A stretch of DNA of 64,000 nucleotides from Ophelia neglecta (lineage: Eukaryota). Position numbers and translations under genes: made by a program. The DNA lies in NCBI GenBank assembly GCA_965285935.1, contig OZ260666.1, forward strand, positions 7,192,001 through 7,256,000, in the 5' to 3' direction. Numbering within the stretch: the first letter of the stretch is position 1; each line of letters begins with the position of its first letter. Below the pieces are notes generated by a model. The model made no database searches and had not been told where the DNA came from. It saw only the letters and a list, made by a program, of their open reading frames with translations. This document shows, one piece after another, positions 1 to 14,142 of the stretch.

Positions 1-1566
1 ATAACAGACAGCTGGTCTAACTGGGCATTTATTTGTCTTTTTGGACCAAAGCGTACCATCGTTTCCAAGAGTACATAGCTGTGCTTGTAAAAATGGTATC
101 ATGACACCTTAGAAAATAAGGTTGCATATCTCTGAGAACTGCTCACAAATAAATGGACCAATAGAATACGGGGCTCGTGTTATGTGCCTGACGGGCATTT
201 AGTACCACGGCAGCCCAATAACCAAATAAGCACAAAAGGAATAAGTGCACACAGCTGTATCCGTTTTAGAATCTTATTGCAGATTATTGGTCAGAAAGAA
301 CTAAATTTCCACACAAACTTCAGCGCGGATAGTCTTACAGTACATGGATGAAGGGCAAAGTGAAAGTAATCGATCTTTAAAATATACTGGTTGTCATGAA
401 AAACATAACATGAAAGGTTATGTATTGTTGTTTGAATAAATACACCACTGTCGAAGGAGTGCTAAATTTCATGATATTTTAAGTTATATTGTAAATATGG
501 CTTATTGCATGTTGTATGCATGTTCGTAATAGTACTTTGCTAAAAGCTAATAGCAACAATAGCAGTACGGAATTATTAGGAAAGTTTGTCAGTAAAGAAC
601 ATACAGAAATAGCACTGATATAACAGGGAGGCATGTTATTGACTGATATACCCAATCAATGTTGATCACGTGACCTGCATTTGCTCAGCAAATTCTTTCA
701 CCGTAATCCTAAACTCAATTCACTTTCTATTGATACTATGCAGCTCTTGTTGTATTGTCGAAGCGAATATAAGCGTTCATAAGTGTAAGTCGGAGAAAGG
801 GTATTACCTGTTGATTCTTCGTAAGAAAGGAATGATAGTCCAAGAGGTGGAGGATATTTGAAGTAGAAGGGTTCACATGCAAACTTTAAGTGATTAGTAT
901 AGGTCCGCACCCTTAATAACCCCATCCCCTGTCCTATCCAGACCCACAGGAAAGGGGACTCCAACCGTCCATGCGATCATCATCTCTCTTCCATAACAGA
1001 TAATTTGAACCCTGAAGGCACCTCTGTCAAATCTACGAACATTTAGACTTAGCGTACATTGTGAAAATTAGGTAGATAGTCTTGGTTTTCTACAAGATTG
1101 TTGCGGAATAACTGGAGTTTCTAATAGTTAAAATGTATTTTAACATTAAGTTTAAACCTTATACTATCGACTTTATCAATGACGCGTGTAGTGTTGTTGT
1201 ATTCTGCACCATGCACTTAAAGGTTTCGGATTGTCAGCAGGCCCATCTACGGTATTTCTATTGTTATCTACAGTTAGATGAATGTAAATCTAATATGTGC
1301 CGCACTACAAGCTGCTCTATATACCAATTTATATGAAATACTACTATAAATGATATACTACTAAACATACTAAGCGGCTTCTCTCTTCTTGAAACCATAT
1401 CTTTCATTTTTTTTCTTCTTTTTCTCTCTGTTCACCGAAATATACTAATGTTTGTTGCACTTAATATCAGATGCAAATAAATTGTTGAATTTAAATTGAG
1501 TTGGTTGTTTCTTTTTTACATCGTGTATCATGAACAAGCGAGAGTTGATAGCCGGCAAGTAAAGCA
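1..1566 (+). repeat. Arm A of an old inverted duplication (partner 9806-11470); runs off the window start
   Basis: Co-linear reverse-complement similarity, roughly 75-80%, with exact blocks 1172-1216 = rc 10149-10193 (45 bp) and 993-1027 = rc 10340-10374 (35 bp). Confidence 0.9.
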
Positions 1567-2919
1567 AAATTATTATTCAAGAACAGCACATTTACTCAGC
1601 CAGCAGACACAGGCCCACAAACAAAAATCGCCTGCGATCTAAGAGTAAATAGTTTTACACTAACTCAATACTCATGATGAGAAATAATAGCAAGACAAAG
1701 CACAGCAATAAAATAACGAAAAAGAAGAAAACAAATGCTAACAAACCGGCCAGGTGAGCTAAATACTCAAGCATCCTAAAACAGTTCCCGGGCCGAAAAT
1801 TACGTCCACAAAAGCCGTCCGCCCACCCATATTACCCCGCCAATATATCTATTGTAACGAAGACGACACACCAAAAAAAACGCATTCGGCCCTCGCAGTA
1901 AAATTGCCCAAGGCGCCCAAGTAGGCCTCATAAGTGAAATATAATACCAAACAGGTTCGAACAGCCCCGATCGAACCAGTTTGCAGCGATGCAAGTAGTC
2001 CACTGACAAAACAAGGATTAAAGGGACCGAAGCTCACACTCCCCGGCCAGGAGGTAACACCAAACGCGTGCCAGAATGAACGAATATGGCGTCACCACCA
2101 TATTCCATGATAGCGACGGGACCCAAATAACTGAGCCACCAACCATTATAGCGAATAATATCAACTCTTACTTCTCCAATATCGGAAAGACCCTTGATGA
2201 GGGAATTAACTCCAGACACACCAAAGGAGAGTAGCAGGTACATGTCATATACTTTAATGAATGTTTCTTTTTATTTGGCAATTATACAGAGTAAAAAATA
2301 CAATATGATTTAAGGTATACAATTTGTACAATTGTCAGGACGCCAGTGATGGCCGAAGCTGTAGTTACTGGTCGCCCTAAGTGCAGAGTCACATGAGGAA
2401 ATTAAGAAGAAGAAAAACAAGAGAAAACTCACAGCAGAGAAACAAACGCAAAATGTGAATAGCAGTGTTATTCAGTCAGTTAGCAGATATCATTAGTTAA
2501 AGTAGACATCATCAACACAGTACTTGGCGATTTTCATGAGTAGTTCAGTTTCGTATAAGACCAGTGAGCAACATTTTAATTTGAAGCCCTATTATAGTTA
2601 CATATGTATAATGTAAAAAATAATGAAAATAATAATGAAAGAAAAGGAGGGTGAAGCTATACATTAGGCGGACTGTCATGAAGAGTCACAATTTCAGATT
2701 ATACAAGTATCTGAGTATTTTGCAATACATAGTTTCTTGAAATTCCAGTTGTTCTGAACAATATAATTTCTCTTTAATAGTACATAAGCTTGTGATGTTA
2801 TCTTCCAGAGTTTATAGGATACTTATGCAGGTGAAATAGTTCATATCGTTAGCAGCTTAAACCAAAGTCTGGCTCTTGCTTTGAAGTTATAAAAAAAGAC
2901 AATATCCCCTATTGCTGGA

Positions 2920-5230
2920 ATACTAAGGTCTTATTTTAAATGGAATGATCGAAAATGCAGTATCCCCGGATTCTGACTGGTCACGTTATACAAACTATAG
3001 GCCAATATCTCTTCTCCCGCCGTCTCCAAGATTAATGAAAGACTAATTTACAATAGACTCTTCAGTTGCATAGCTAAATTTAAGTTACTCTACATATCCC
3101 TATACGCCTTAGGCACTCAACCATGAAAGCGGCCATTGCATTAGTAGATCGCATTGCAATCGCTCTGCCCAAAAACTCTAAGCCTCAGCCATCTTCCTTT
3201 ACAATTCCTAAGCGTTTGACTCTCTAGACCATACGATTCTTCATCATTAATTACACCATCACTAGAATGTCTTACCTTAGGCGTATATGTGATGATAGAA
3301 TCACTAATTCTAAATGTTCATCATGGGAACTACTGAAACTAACGATATTCCAGCTAACATGTAATCTTGAAGAAAAATATATTGAAACCAAAAATCCGTT
3401 CTATAAACAAATGCTTAGTGCTTGGTTTGAATTGGCTCACTCCATTGATGAGCCGACTGACCTACTGTCGGAGAAAATATGGTACAATAGGTTTATTCTT
3501 ATAAATGACATACCTGTATTCTTTGAAAAACTGTTTAGTAAAGGTGTTATTTTAATTAAACATCTGCTAGGAATGATACTATGGTCCCACTTGAATGTAT
3601 GAATAGAAACATGTTGTATAATATGTTTATGGAAACAGTAGCTGAACAGCCAACAGCATTGTTCCGATGGCTACGGCTATTTCCTAATCTAAACGAATCA
3701 GACATTAAACGTATATTTAAACTGCCGTATCTAGTTGCATTTGATACTAAAATACACTCGTTTCAGTACAAAGTATTGCAGCGAACAATTCCTTGTAGAC
3801 AACAATTATATCTCTGGAAGATCGTTGACTCGGAACAATGCATATCATGTCACAAAGTAGATACACTACTTCATTATTTCTATGAATGTTTTGTCGTTAA
3901 CCACTTTTGGAATACCCTGGATGAATGGATGCACAAAATATTGAATATTAGTATCAAGTTGTCAAGTAAGGACGTAATTTTTGGGTATTATGACAATGTC
4001 AATAACGGACTCGCTGTTTGTAATACACATTAAGTTAATTTAGTAATCTTGGTGGGAAAATGGTTCATTTACAAAAAGAAAATAGCCGAAAGCAATATAC
4101 GCCCTATTAATTTCATCAATATTTTCACAGAAAATCTCCGCACAATCGCAATGTGCCGCAAGAAATTGAAAATTGTGAATCTTGAAAGAGAGATGCTCAC
4201 AGAAATTGAAAGGTAGCAACGGGCCCTTTTAAAAACAGTAGTAGTTTTTGTATAAGGCTCTAGAAGCACTAAATATGTAACATGTACAATTATATATAAT
4301 CGTAGTGTTTCTTGAAATAAAGATTAAAAAAAACACCATTACGGTATCAGGGGAAAAGGTGCAACGATCTCCTAAGAAGTTACCTAACGTCCCGTTATCA
4401 ATTTGTATTCTTTTTTAACTCGTCGCGCAGGGATCGATCCTACGACCAACCCTATTCCTCATATATGTCAATGGCATACATCGTGCCACTTCAGATTCGC
4501 ACGATATCCTTTTCCCTGTTGATACTAGGCTGATTTTTACAAATCCTAACATAATAGAACTTTACCTTCATATAAATATTGAAATTAATCACGTCTACAA
4601 CTGGCTTAATACTAACAAATTATCCTTAAATATAAAGAATACTAAGTATATGATATTTCGCAATCCATAAAAGCCTCTGCTGATTTATTAAAAAGCTCTA
4701 CCAATTGCCACCCTATTGAACTGGTGGATAGGTACAAATTCCTTGGACCTGGATTGACAATCACTTAAACGGGAAATATAACACTGATGTAAAATGCACA
4801 AATGTTGCTAAAATAAATGGCATCTTATATCGAATTAATCGGAAGTTTCTTACCGATGTTCTCACCACAATCTACAATGGGTATATACATCCTTAGTTAA
4901 CATTCTGAATTTCATGTATTAAGGATACCAAAAATGAACATCAATAGGCTGTTCTCACTTTAAAAACTTCCTATTCGCATTATAAATAAGTCTCATTGCA
5001 CAGAGCCATCCACTTTTTAAAAACCTACGCATTCAATAACTGCCGGACCTTTACATCATCCAAGGGGCCAGATTATATTCTAATGTTATATGTAAAAAAT
5101 GTCTTGTTGTTTTCATCCATTGTCTAGCTGCTAGAATGACTTACATCCATAATACTCATCAAAGGACGCGCATCCATTTGGGAAGGGCACGTACAAATGT
5201 GCTCAAATAATTTCGTACAAAATCAACTCC
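2920..5230 (+). mobile_element. Decayed non-LTR retrotransposon RT (CR1/L2/Jockey-group), interrupted by a second LINE
   Basis: NYRPISLLP (2993-3019), AFDSLDHTIL (~3212-3241), HYGIRGK resuming at ~4337, QGSILRPTLFLIYVN (4428-4472), WLNTNKLSLN, YKFLG; multiple stops and frameshifts. Confidence 0.85.
3260..4332 (+). mobile_element. 5'-truncated L1/Tx1-type LINE 3' end (ORF2 C-terminal zinc-binding region) with poly(A) and 7-bp TSD
   Basis: ORFs 3267-3602 and 3581-4033 (FYKQMLSAW, IWYNRFI, FQYKVLQR, CxxC...H...C); AATAAA at 4316-4321, A-tail; TSD ACACCAT at 3253-3259 and 4333-4339. Confidence 0.88.
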
Positions 5231-6009
5231 ATCCTTTAAGACGCGCATAATTTATACAAAATAGATTCAACAAATCGCAGTATAGCCAAATCACTTATAT
5301 TAACTAGAAACATCGAAAAGTTTTAAGTTAAAAAAAGTGTTACATTTGCTCTAGGACCTACCAATGATCTCGTGTCTTGGAATTCATGCATTATGCTCAT
5401 TGCATACATTTATTTCTTTCAATTCTCAACGAAAACATTAATTTCGTAGTAAGGTTTCGTTTTACCTTGTTCCTGCGCCTTTCTATGGTCATATTGTGTA
5501 AATTATTCAATGTGTAGTATAATCCTACTTACTTCTTACTTCTCATATAACTTAGTAACCACTGGCAGTCTCTTTGTGGGTAAATGAGCGTGTATTTTAA
5601 ATTGGATAAATTATATTATATTTATTATTGAGCTTCACTCCTTCCCGTACTTGTCTCGTATTTCGTTCTTGCCTTATGAGCCTTTTGTTTCCCTCCTTTT
5701 GACATAATTCTGTATTAGAGCTAAAGTTTCTTCTCATTTTTTTGTTTTCTTTTCAATATATGTGCACCACATTGGTTGCTATTTGAATTTGTTTATCATT
5801 TACTCATAATTTCGGGCGCCAAACGCCCAGCTTTGCCATTGCTGGCGTCCTTGTTTCTTATTTAATGTAACCGAAACAAAATTAGATGAAATACAATCTA
5901 ATCCAAAACCACAAGCCCCCTTGCGACGCAAAAACACAAGCCAGCCAAAAGCGATCTGTCATCATTATGCCTGTTGACAGAGCACATTCTATTCCATTCT
6001 CAGAATCAA

Positions 6010-6291
6010 TACCTATGAAAACAGCATTGAAAGAAGAAAAGTCAAAGAAAGTGATAAAGAGAAAAGGAAAATGTGGGCCGGGGAAAGCGGTCTCAGCGCG
6101 AGGGGTTGAGATAACAGTGGTTAATCCCAATTTTAAATTACCGAAAATAAAACTATTAGGAATCTAGTGCCTATATTTGACTAATCACTCTAGTAGTAAC
6201 TAGCGATATACATAACAGACGAAGGCAATACACTTATTCTTGCAATAGTCTAGATAATTTTTTTTATTATAATTGGAAATTCTTTCAGGCT
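6010..6291 (+). repeat. Module B; inverted copy at 8274-8570
   Basis: e.g. gacgaaggcaa...gtctagataa...tttcaggct vs rc agcctgaaa...ttatctagac...ttgccttcgtc; aaaatgtgggccgg vs ccggcccacatttt. Confidence 0.75.
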
Positions 6292-6342
6292 GGGGGCTTA
6301 ACACATTTAGATAAATTAAAATATATTCAGATCTCTTTTTTC

Positions 6343-7110
6343 TGTTAATATCGATTCCTATACATATAATTAAATATGGCGCGTTAACCCGGGCTCGCGT
6401 GATGGGTCTATGCTAATAATGTATCACAGGCAACGTTAAATATACCCATTTTACAGTTTAAATGTTATAGTAAGTTATATACCAAAACTTATTAAATTAA
6501 AAGATACTTAGCAGACATACTTCAGGAACAATATTATTAAAGTAGGAAAATATTTACACCACTGCAGGAAGCTCGTTACTGAGATTCTAAAGATAATGAC
6601 CACTTCAACTAGACGTATCCAATCCTGGTCACACAGACGATCGCATTACTTCTAACTATTTCCATTTACAGTTGAGTCATATTTCTATAGTTTAACGTTT
6701 TGAACTAAAAAGCGAGCTATACCGCTAAGTTGTATGCCTCTGTTCTCATTCGTACAATATCCATTGACCTTTAAACATCCATAATGCAATGAAATCTTCC
6801 GATTTAACGTAAACCTGTTATTTATGAGAAAATGCTATATTCAGCCATAAAGATACTTGGCACAAGAATTTGTTTTCAATTGTTTACAATGATTATCTGG
6901 TTGTTTCGTTTGAGATTCAACTTACTAAATACAATAAAATAAGCAAATTCTTAGATTGTTCGACTCCAGATAAAAGAAGTGTACATTCTTATTTCAGTGA
7001 TTCACAATACCCATGAACCAGTCACGAAGAGCTGCAACTTATTATGCACAGTGTTTGAACCACTATGTTAATCTTCCAACCTTCTGCCCTTTTTACATTG
7101 GAACCGTTTA
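6343..7110 (+). repeat. Module C; direct copy at 11975-12725
   Basis: Shared tgttaatatcgattc, atatttacaccac, cacttcaac, cttccgatttaac and cttccaaccttctgc in the same order. Confidence 0.8.
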
Positions 7111-8273
7111 GGAAATAGATATTTTAAAGAGTCGTTTGCAATTCTCTGAAAAATAATAGGCGAGTTGAACATTCGGAGAATTGCAAACAAGTGAAATATA
7201 TCGCTTAATAGACGGCTTTCCAGAAATAGTCCAATTCAAAATCCAAAACAAGGCCTACATTATTTGGCAACAGGAAAGCTATTCTCAAGTTTATTGTCAC
7301 AATTGCCAAATGCGTTTAAAACGCACTCAAATGCTCCCTCTTCATTTCAGCACTATGTCTATGAATTGCATTTCCTCATTTCTTGCATAGCAGTAGGTGT
7401 GTTCAGTTCAGTATATGAAGTTAGGATTTTAATGCAATGCATGCATGTCTGACTATTGAAGTCAAATTAAATACAGGCAGCAATACTGATAACAATGTTT
7501 GTGATTAGATTGTAACGCGTTAAGATCAAGTGTGAATCAAATTTGGCTAAAACGAATATTAGAGACCTTTTTGGTGCCAGCATACAGTATGCATTATCTT
7601 CTTTGATCGATTATTATGATTATTTCTACATTTTATTATTATCAATGTGGAAAAATGGAAATTAAGCTACCATGTGAACCACTTACCAGACGGTGATGCG
7701 TGGTTATACCCCCCCCCCCCCCCTCCCCCAACATCACTTTTATCGTCCTGCTTCATTACCAAACTCACACAAACCCCCCTCCTTCAAGGAGTTAATTTGT
7801 TTATATGTTCCTAGAGCATCTTAATACAGACCCCCCCCCCCCCAACAGGGAGAATGAAACATAGCCATGCATTATTTATTTCAGTGTGCTACATTCATAG
7901 CTTGCCAACTGCTTAGCACTAGATGTCCTTCAGCATTAAACATGCAAGGGTGAACTGTAAAATAGTCTCAATAATTTATGCTGTTCACTTATGTATTGTA
8001 ATAATGTGGCCATGTTCCACAAGGGTCAAGATAACGTGTAATTTTAGCCAAAGTAGTTCATGATTTGACTTTTCTGTGATTAACACACGCTATTGATAAT
8101 TAATTAATAAATTGGAATCACTGAAACTTGAAAACATACATCAAAAACACATTCTGTTACTTTATTATAGTTTAAAAGTAGTGATCTTCAAGAATAATTG
8201 TAACTTTACGGTTATTCCATCAAGTGATGATCATTCCTAAAATACAAGAAATGACGACAAAATACAACGCAAA

Positions 8274-8570
8274 GCCTGAAATGTTTTTCCCATTATAATA
8301 TTTTTTATCTAGACTCTCACAATGAGATTTGTGTTGCCTTCGTCCGTTTTGTCTCGCTAAATACTACCAAAGAGATTAGTTTTTATGTGTGCCTTATGCT
8401 TTGCACCCTTACCAGGCTATCCTATATTAAAATTGGGATTGAACACCATTACACTAACCCCTCGCGATCAGACCCCTCCTTCTCTTCCCCATTCCGGCCC
8501 ACATTTTCTTTTTTACTTGATATCTTATTTTTATTTTTTTATTCTTTCGATGCTGATTTTGGAAGGTATT
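8274..8570 (-). repeat. Module B' (inverted copy of 6010-6291)
   Basis: Reverse-complement alignment by eye, roughly 70%. Confidence 0.75.
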
Positions 8571-9805
8571 AGTGTCGTCATTATTTCAATAGCTATGATG
8601 GCGGCGCAATATGGCGGCGCCAACGACCTTTGCGTTTGGCCTTTTCGGCCCGGGGATTGCCTCAGCCCACCTATTTATTTGAGTTCAATGTTTAATTCGA
8701 ATGGCCATTTTGTTAACAATTGTCTTTTGTTAACAATTTTTGTATTGTAATTATTTCTCTTCATAGTTTTTTTTATCTAACTGGGAAATTTTCAATTCAA
8801 TGAGAATAATTAAGACCATGTTTCCGAGTTTTTGTATGTCAATAATTTTATGTGTTTCTATATTAAATGCTTAGCTTATGACCGATTATTTTAATGATTC
8901 CTACGATTCAATTGTTCATAACTTTGTTTTTGTCATGAAGTCCCACTCGATAGCGATCTGGAAGATCGAAGAGTGCTCTCCTTAGCCATTTGTGTGTGCC
9001 ATTAATTTTTGGTAATAGTTTGACGGTATGTATAGTCAAAGTATTTTTCAACATTTCGTTTGCAAAATGTTGCTGCTGTTGTTGAATAAAAATGTATGAA
9101 TGCGAGGCTTATTTTTCGCTAACTGGTCACCTAAACTCCTGTTGAATGTAAACACAGTCATTATGGCCTACCACCATTGAACAGTTACCAGGAATTGCAG
9201 ATTTTCATTCATACAAAATGCGCTGTGGTATTGATTGTAATCATTATTGAATGGATTTGCAATAAAATTAGTTTATATCCAAGCCCTTTCAATTGTTTCC
9301 TGCAATAAAAATATTGGATCCATAAATACTACCATTATTGCTAGGTTGCCCAATACAAATATATCGGGTTGTGTAGCATACAACATATATGGATGTTACT
9401 TACGACCCTGCAAACTACACACTGATTCTCAAAGCTCAAAAAGACCATTTTGCTTAATGATATTTAATGCCATTAAAGCAAACTGTTCTTATTTCAAAAT
9501 TTGATATTAGCATTTGGTACAAGGAATCACTATAGGCACTTGAACTTATTATCAAACCTATTCTCTGAGAGCTTCAACTTCGAATGATATATATATATAT
9601 CATCTTTGAATTACTTGATATTATTTTTTTAAATGACATTAAATTCATTGTTTAGTCGATGTATGTTCATGTCATGATTACGGAATGATTGAATGCAGTG
9701 TTATTGAATAATAATAATAAGGTATGTGTATTAGAAAGTTAGCCAGTGTGTATCATCGTGGGTATGACAATAAGGTGTGTGTATTAGAAAGTTAGCCAGT
9801 GTGAA

Positions 9806-11470
9806 TGCTTTGTTTGCCGGCTATCAACTCTCGTTTATTCATGATACATAATAACCAAAAGAATCAACAAACTTAACTTTAGTCAACAATTTATTTGCAT
9901 ATGAAATTAAGTTTAAATATACATTTGTATATTTCGGTGAACAGAGAGAAAAAGAAGATAAATATAAAAGATATAATTTCCAGAAGGAAAGAGCCGGTTA
10001 TTATATAGACTAGTAAATCATTTAAAGTATTATATCATATAAAATGAATTATATATATATATCAGCTTGAAGTGCGGCAGAGTAACACCTTACTGTAGGT
10101 AACAATAGAAACACCGTAGATGGTCCTGTCAACATTGGAAATCTTAAGGTGCATGGTGCAGAATACAACAACACTACACGCGTCATTGATAAAAGACAAT
10201 AGTATAGGGTTTTAACTGAATGTAAACATACATTCTTACCATTAAAAACTCTAGTTATTCTGTAAAATTTTTATAGTAAACCAAGACTATCTACATAATT
10301 TTCAAGATGAACATTAATCCTAAATGTTTGTAAGAATAAACAGAGGTGCCTTCAGGGTTCAAATTATCTGTTATAGGAGAGAGACGAAGATCGCATGGAC
10401 GGTTGGAGTTCCCGTTCCTGTGGATCTGAATAGGACAGGGGGTGGGGTGGTGAAGTCAGTGGGCCAAAACTAATCACAACAAATTACATAAGAAACCCCC
10501 CCCCCCTCTTCCTACAAATACCCTCCGCCTCTTGATATATCTTCTATCTTCCCTTCCTCACGAAGAAATCAACAGGTTTGTTAACACTCTTTGGCCCAGT
10601 TTCACTCTTTATGAATACGCTTCGACAATATAGCAAGCGCTGCATAGTAAAAATAGAAAGTGCTATAAGATTGTGGTGAAAGATTTGCTGAACATGCAGG
10701 TCATGTGATTACAATTGATTGGGTAAATCAGTCATCAACATGCCTCCCTGTTATATTAGCCATAAATTCATTTTATTTCTATATGATCTTTACTGACAAA
10801 CGTTTCTAATAATTCCTTACTGCCGTTGTTTCTATTAGCTTATAGCAAAGGATAACGACAAACAATTCATTCAAGCATGTCATTAGCCATACTTGCATTC
10901 AAAAAGAACAATGAACAAACATTTAATAGTAAATTTATATAGTATCAATAACAGTTGGCAAAAAAAAACAAATATTAGGTACCCTCTTTATGGTGGTATT
11001 ATTTATAATGAATTAACCACAATTCAATACCTTTTGCATATTATGTTTTCACGACAATTAATTGATAACTTGATTAGTTTCAATTTGCCCAACATCACTG
11101 TTTTGTACGAATATCCGCATATGTCTGTGTAAAAAGTGTAGTTCCTTCTTACCAATAATCTCCTGAAGAATGTGTATTGTTTCTAAAGCAGATACAGCTG
11201 TGTCCACTAATTACTTTTGTGCTGTTTGGTTATTAGGCTGCTTGGTACTAAATGCAGAGTCTGATGCAGAGCACGCCCGTCAGGCACATAACTCGAGCCC
11301 CATATTCTATTGGTCCATTAATGAGCATTTCTCAGAGATATGCAACCGTTTTTATTTTCTGAGGTGTCAAATGATCCCATTTATACAAGCACAGCTATGT
11401 ACTCTTTGAAACGATGGAACGCTTCCAATAAGAGAAGAAATGCATGCCCAGTTAGACCTGCTGTCTGTTA
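9806..11470 (-). repeat. Arm A' of the inverted duplication (partner 1-1566)
   Basis: e.g. gccggctatcaactctcg near 9817 is rc of sequence near 1540-1556; gttagacctgctgtctgttat near 11451-11471 is near-rc of positions 1-21. Confidence 0.9.
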
Positions 11471-11974
11471 TTGAGCTTTGTTCCGATCAAATGATGTTAG
11501 GCTTTGGCAATTACATGCGTGAAAAAGGTGGCAGCTCTTTCAATCTCATGCAAGGAGCTTAATTCCATTTTTTAAAGAAAACGGTTTGTTAATGTGTACA
11601 GATTCTTTTAATAATCTATTGCGAACATAAGTTTATCTGTCGGCTCGACTAAAGTAAAATAGATTGATTGGGGGAGTAATGGAAAGCCGAATCTTCTTGA
11701 TTGGGCCTTGTTACAACTATATTTAACAAACAGCCAATCAGCATAACACATGGATTAAATTCATCAATGTGTGACCAAATACAGATTGGCGCAACTCTTG
11801 AATCCTTTCACTCTTAAATATAGTATATATCACCCTATATATACATATTATATAGATTGCTCGAACATCATCAATTATTAGAGTTCACATATATTATGAT
11901 TATAACATTAGTTTCCGAGACACCATGATGAGAGTCATGTAGATCAATTCAAATATATTCAAATCACACTTTTG

Positions 11975-12725
11975 TGTTAATATCGATTCTTGTTAAAACC
12001 CATGATACGTTCACCCGGCCTTGTGTGATGAGTCTTACACTAATAATGTACAGTAAAAAAAATATAGAAATTTATATACCAATAATAATTACCAATAATA
12101 ATTAAAGTGATAAATACTGAGCGGTTAAACCTCAGGAAATATATTTACACCACAGGAAGCCCTCTAGTGAGATTCAAGAGAAGATGAACACTTCAACGAG
12201 AAGTATCCAAACCTAACACACGGACTATCGCAGTACTTATTAACAGCTCCTTATACTACTAAGTCTGAATCCAATAGTACTAATGTGTATGCGCTACGTA
12301 GAACAATTAAAGCCTTCCGATTTAACTTAAGCATGTTATTCATGAGTTAATGCTGTATTCGGGCATAATGATACTTTGTAGAGGAATTTGTTACCGTTTT
12401 TTTATAATGATTGTCTAAAAATGTTGTTTTGTTTGCATTGGTTGTATTGTTAAAGCATGAATCTAAGTTGCTATATTCAACAAAATATGTACATCATTGA
12501 TTGCTCAACTCCAGACAAAAGTAGTGTACATTATTAACCCAGTGTTTCAAAATACATATGAACCTGTCAAGGAAAGCTGACATCTATGATGCAAAGAATT
12601 TGAACGTTTTATCGTTAACGATCAATTTCCATGTTTTAGAGCAGATTCCCTGATTAGCAAAGTTGTCAACTTATCTTGTATATCTTTTCTTCCAACCTTC
12701 TGCTCTTTTTATATAGAAACAAGTT
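11975..12725 (+). repeat. Module C' (direct copy of 6343-7110)
   Basis: As above, roughly 70-75% with indels. Confidence 0.8.
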
Positions 12726-13199
12726 AGTGTACAAATAATGACAAGCTGCTACCCAGGAATATAAACTACATAATTGACTGGGAATATATAACCACACTAC
12801 TCAAGGAGCAGTACAAGTACATGATTTCACATTTCTGTGATTTACAGAATCTTACACTCGCGTTTTGAGCTGTCAAACAACTTTCATACAATTTAAATTT
12901 TCTCTCGGTGATGATTGATACAAACTCTATTTACAAATGGTAACGATCTATTTCGGTGCATTATATACTATATTTTACACTTTTACGAATAGCTTGTGTA
13001 TATACATTAAGTCTTCTACATTTTTAAACTCCCTTTAACCAGCAGTCAAGGTTTCTACCTTGCTATGTGCTTTATCCAACGGCGGTGGGCTTCGGGGGAT
13101 TAGGGATTGGTCAAAGGGGTGTCCAGCTTTTACTTTAAAGGTATGCGAATTTGTCCTCTCTCAAGAGGCGGTCTAAGGAAGGAGGTGTGATCTTGTCTT

Positions 13200-13420
13200 G
13201 CCTCGGGGAGTGGCGTAGCTGTGTTATCCGAGACGGGATCTTATCTCTCTTGGAGCTCTTCTCTCAAGGAATGGTAGTAGGTGTGTTGCCCAGTCTTATT
13301 CCACTCGTAGACATTCTCTCCGCGAGTAAGTATATCCTTCCAGGTAGGGTATGAACCCTCTTGGAAATTTCCACACGGTAAGTAGGAGTGTTATCCCAGA
13401 CGGGTCTTAGCTTTTTGGAA
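13200..13420. repeat. Degenerate tandem repeat in the putative 3'UTR (gtgttatcccagacgggtctta core)
   Basis: Cores near 13221 and 13388, partial copy near 13283. Confidence 0.55.
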
Positions 13421-14142
13421 GAAATTTACCGGCAATATTGTATTTTATCATTGATTAGGTCAATTAACATTGCCGTCTACAATACACGGTTTTCTTTTGT
13501 CCAACGTTAGAATACACCGCTTTGTTTTCTTCGCAACTGTTCATCAACTGTTATGCAATGTTTTAAAAGTGATATAGACTAGCTTAAAATTCTCGCAGGC
13601 AGTTATGGCAATATATAATTCATTGACACAACATCCACACAAGGTATAATTTGCGCAACAGATAGTGAACATTTTACTCCAAATGCATAGTTCCCTCTTT
13701 AGATATCGATATTTCATTACTTTTCTGATATCGGACTTGCCACACACTCCCTGATAATATTTATTTCACTCCGTTCTTGGTATGGGACAAAATCACACTC
13801 CCCCTTTGGATATTGGTTTCATTCCTTTCCCGGTAGGTGACTAATCCATCGGCCCCGTTTCCTTCTTCTTGGTATCCTACATCTGCCCCTTTCACCATGT
13901 AGCTACTATTAGTTGTGGGGTTTGCTTTATATTCTTAACAGTCGTCAATACTCCCAAACACTAGGCCCCTAATCAAAGGGTCCCCGATGTCCTTTCATCC
14001 AAGAAACCACTTCCTTCTGGTAACCGACGTTTGTTTCTTATTCTTGTGCCTTCCCGAAACATTTTCCTGGAGCTGTTACACATAAAACTACCCTATCCCC
14101 CGCCTTCAATGGCTCAGGCTCGCTCCTGTCCCTGTCACTTTC

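Noticed and set aside
1800-2243. Cluster of short minus-strand ORFs
   Set aside because: No recognisable domain or splice structure; probably a decayed repeat.
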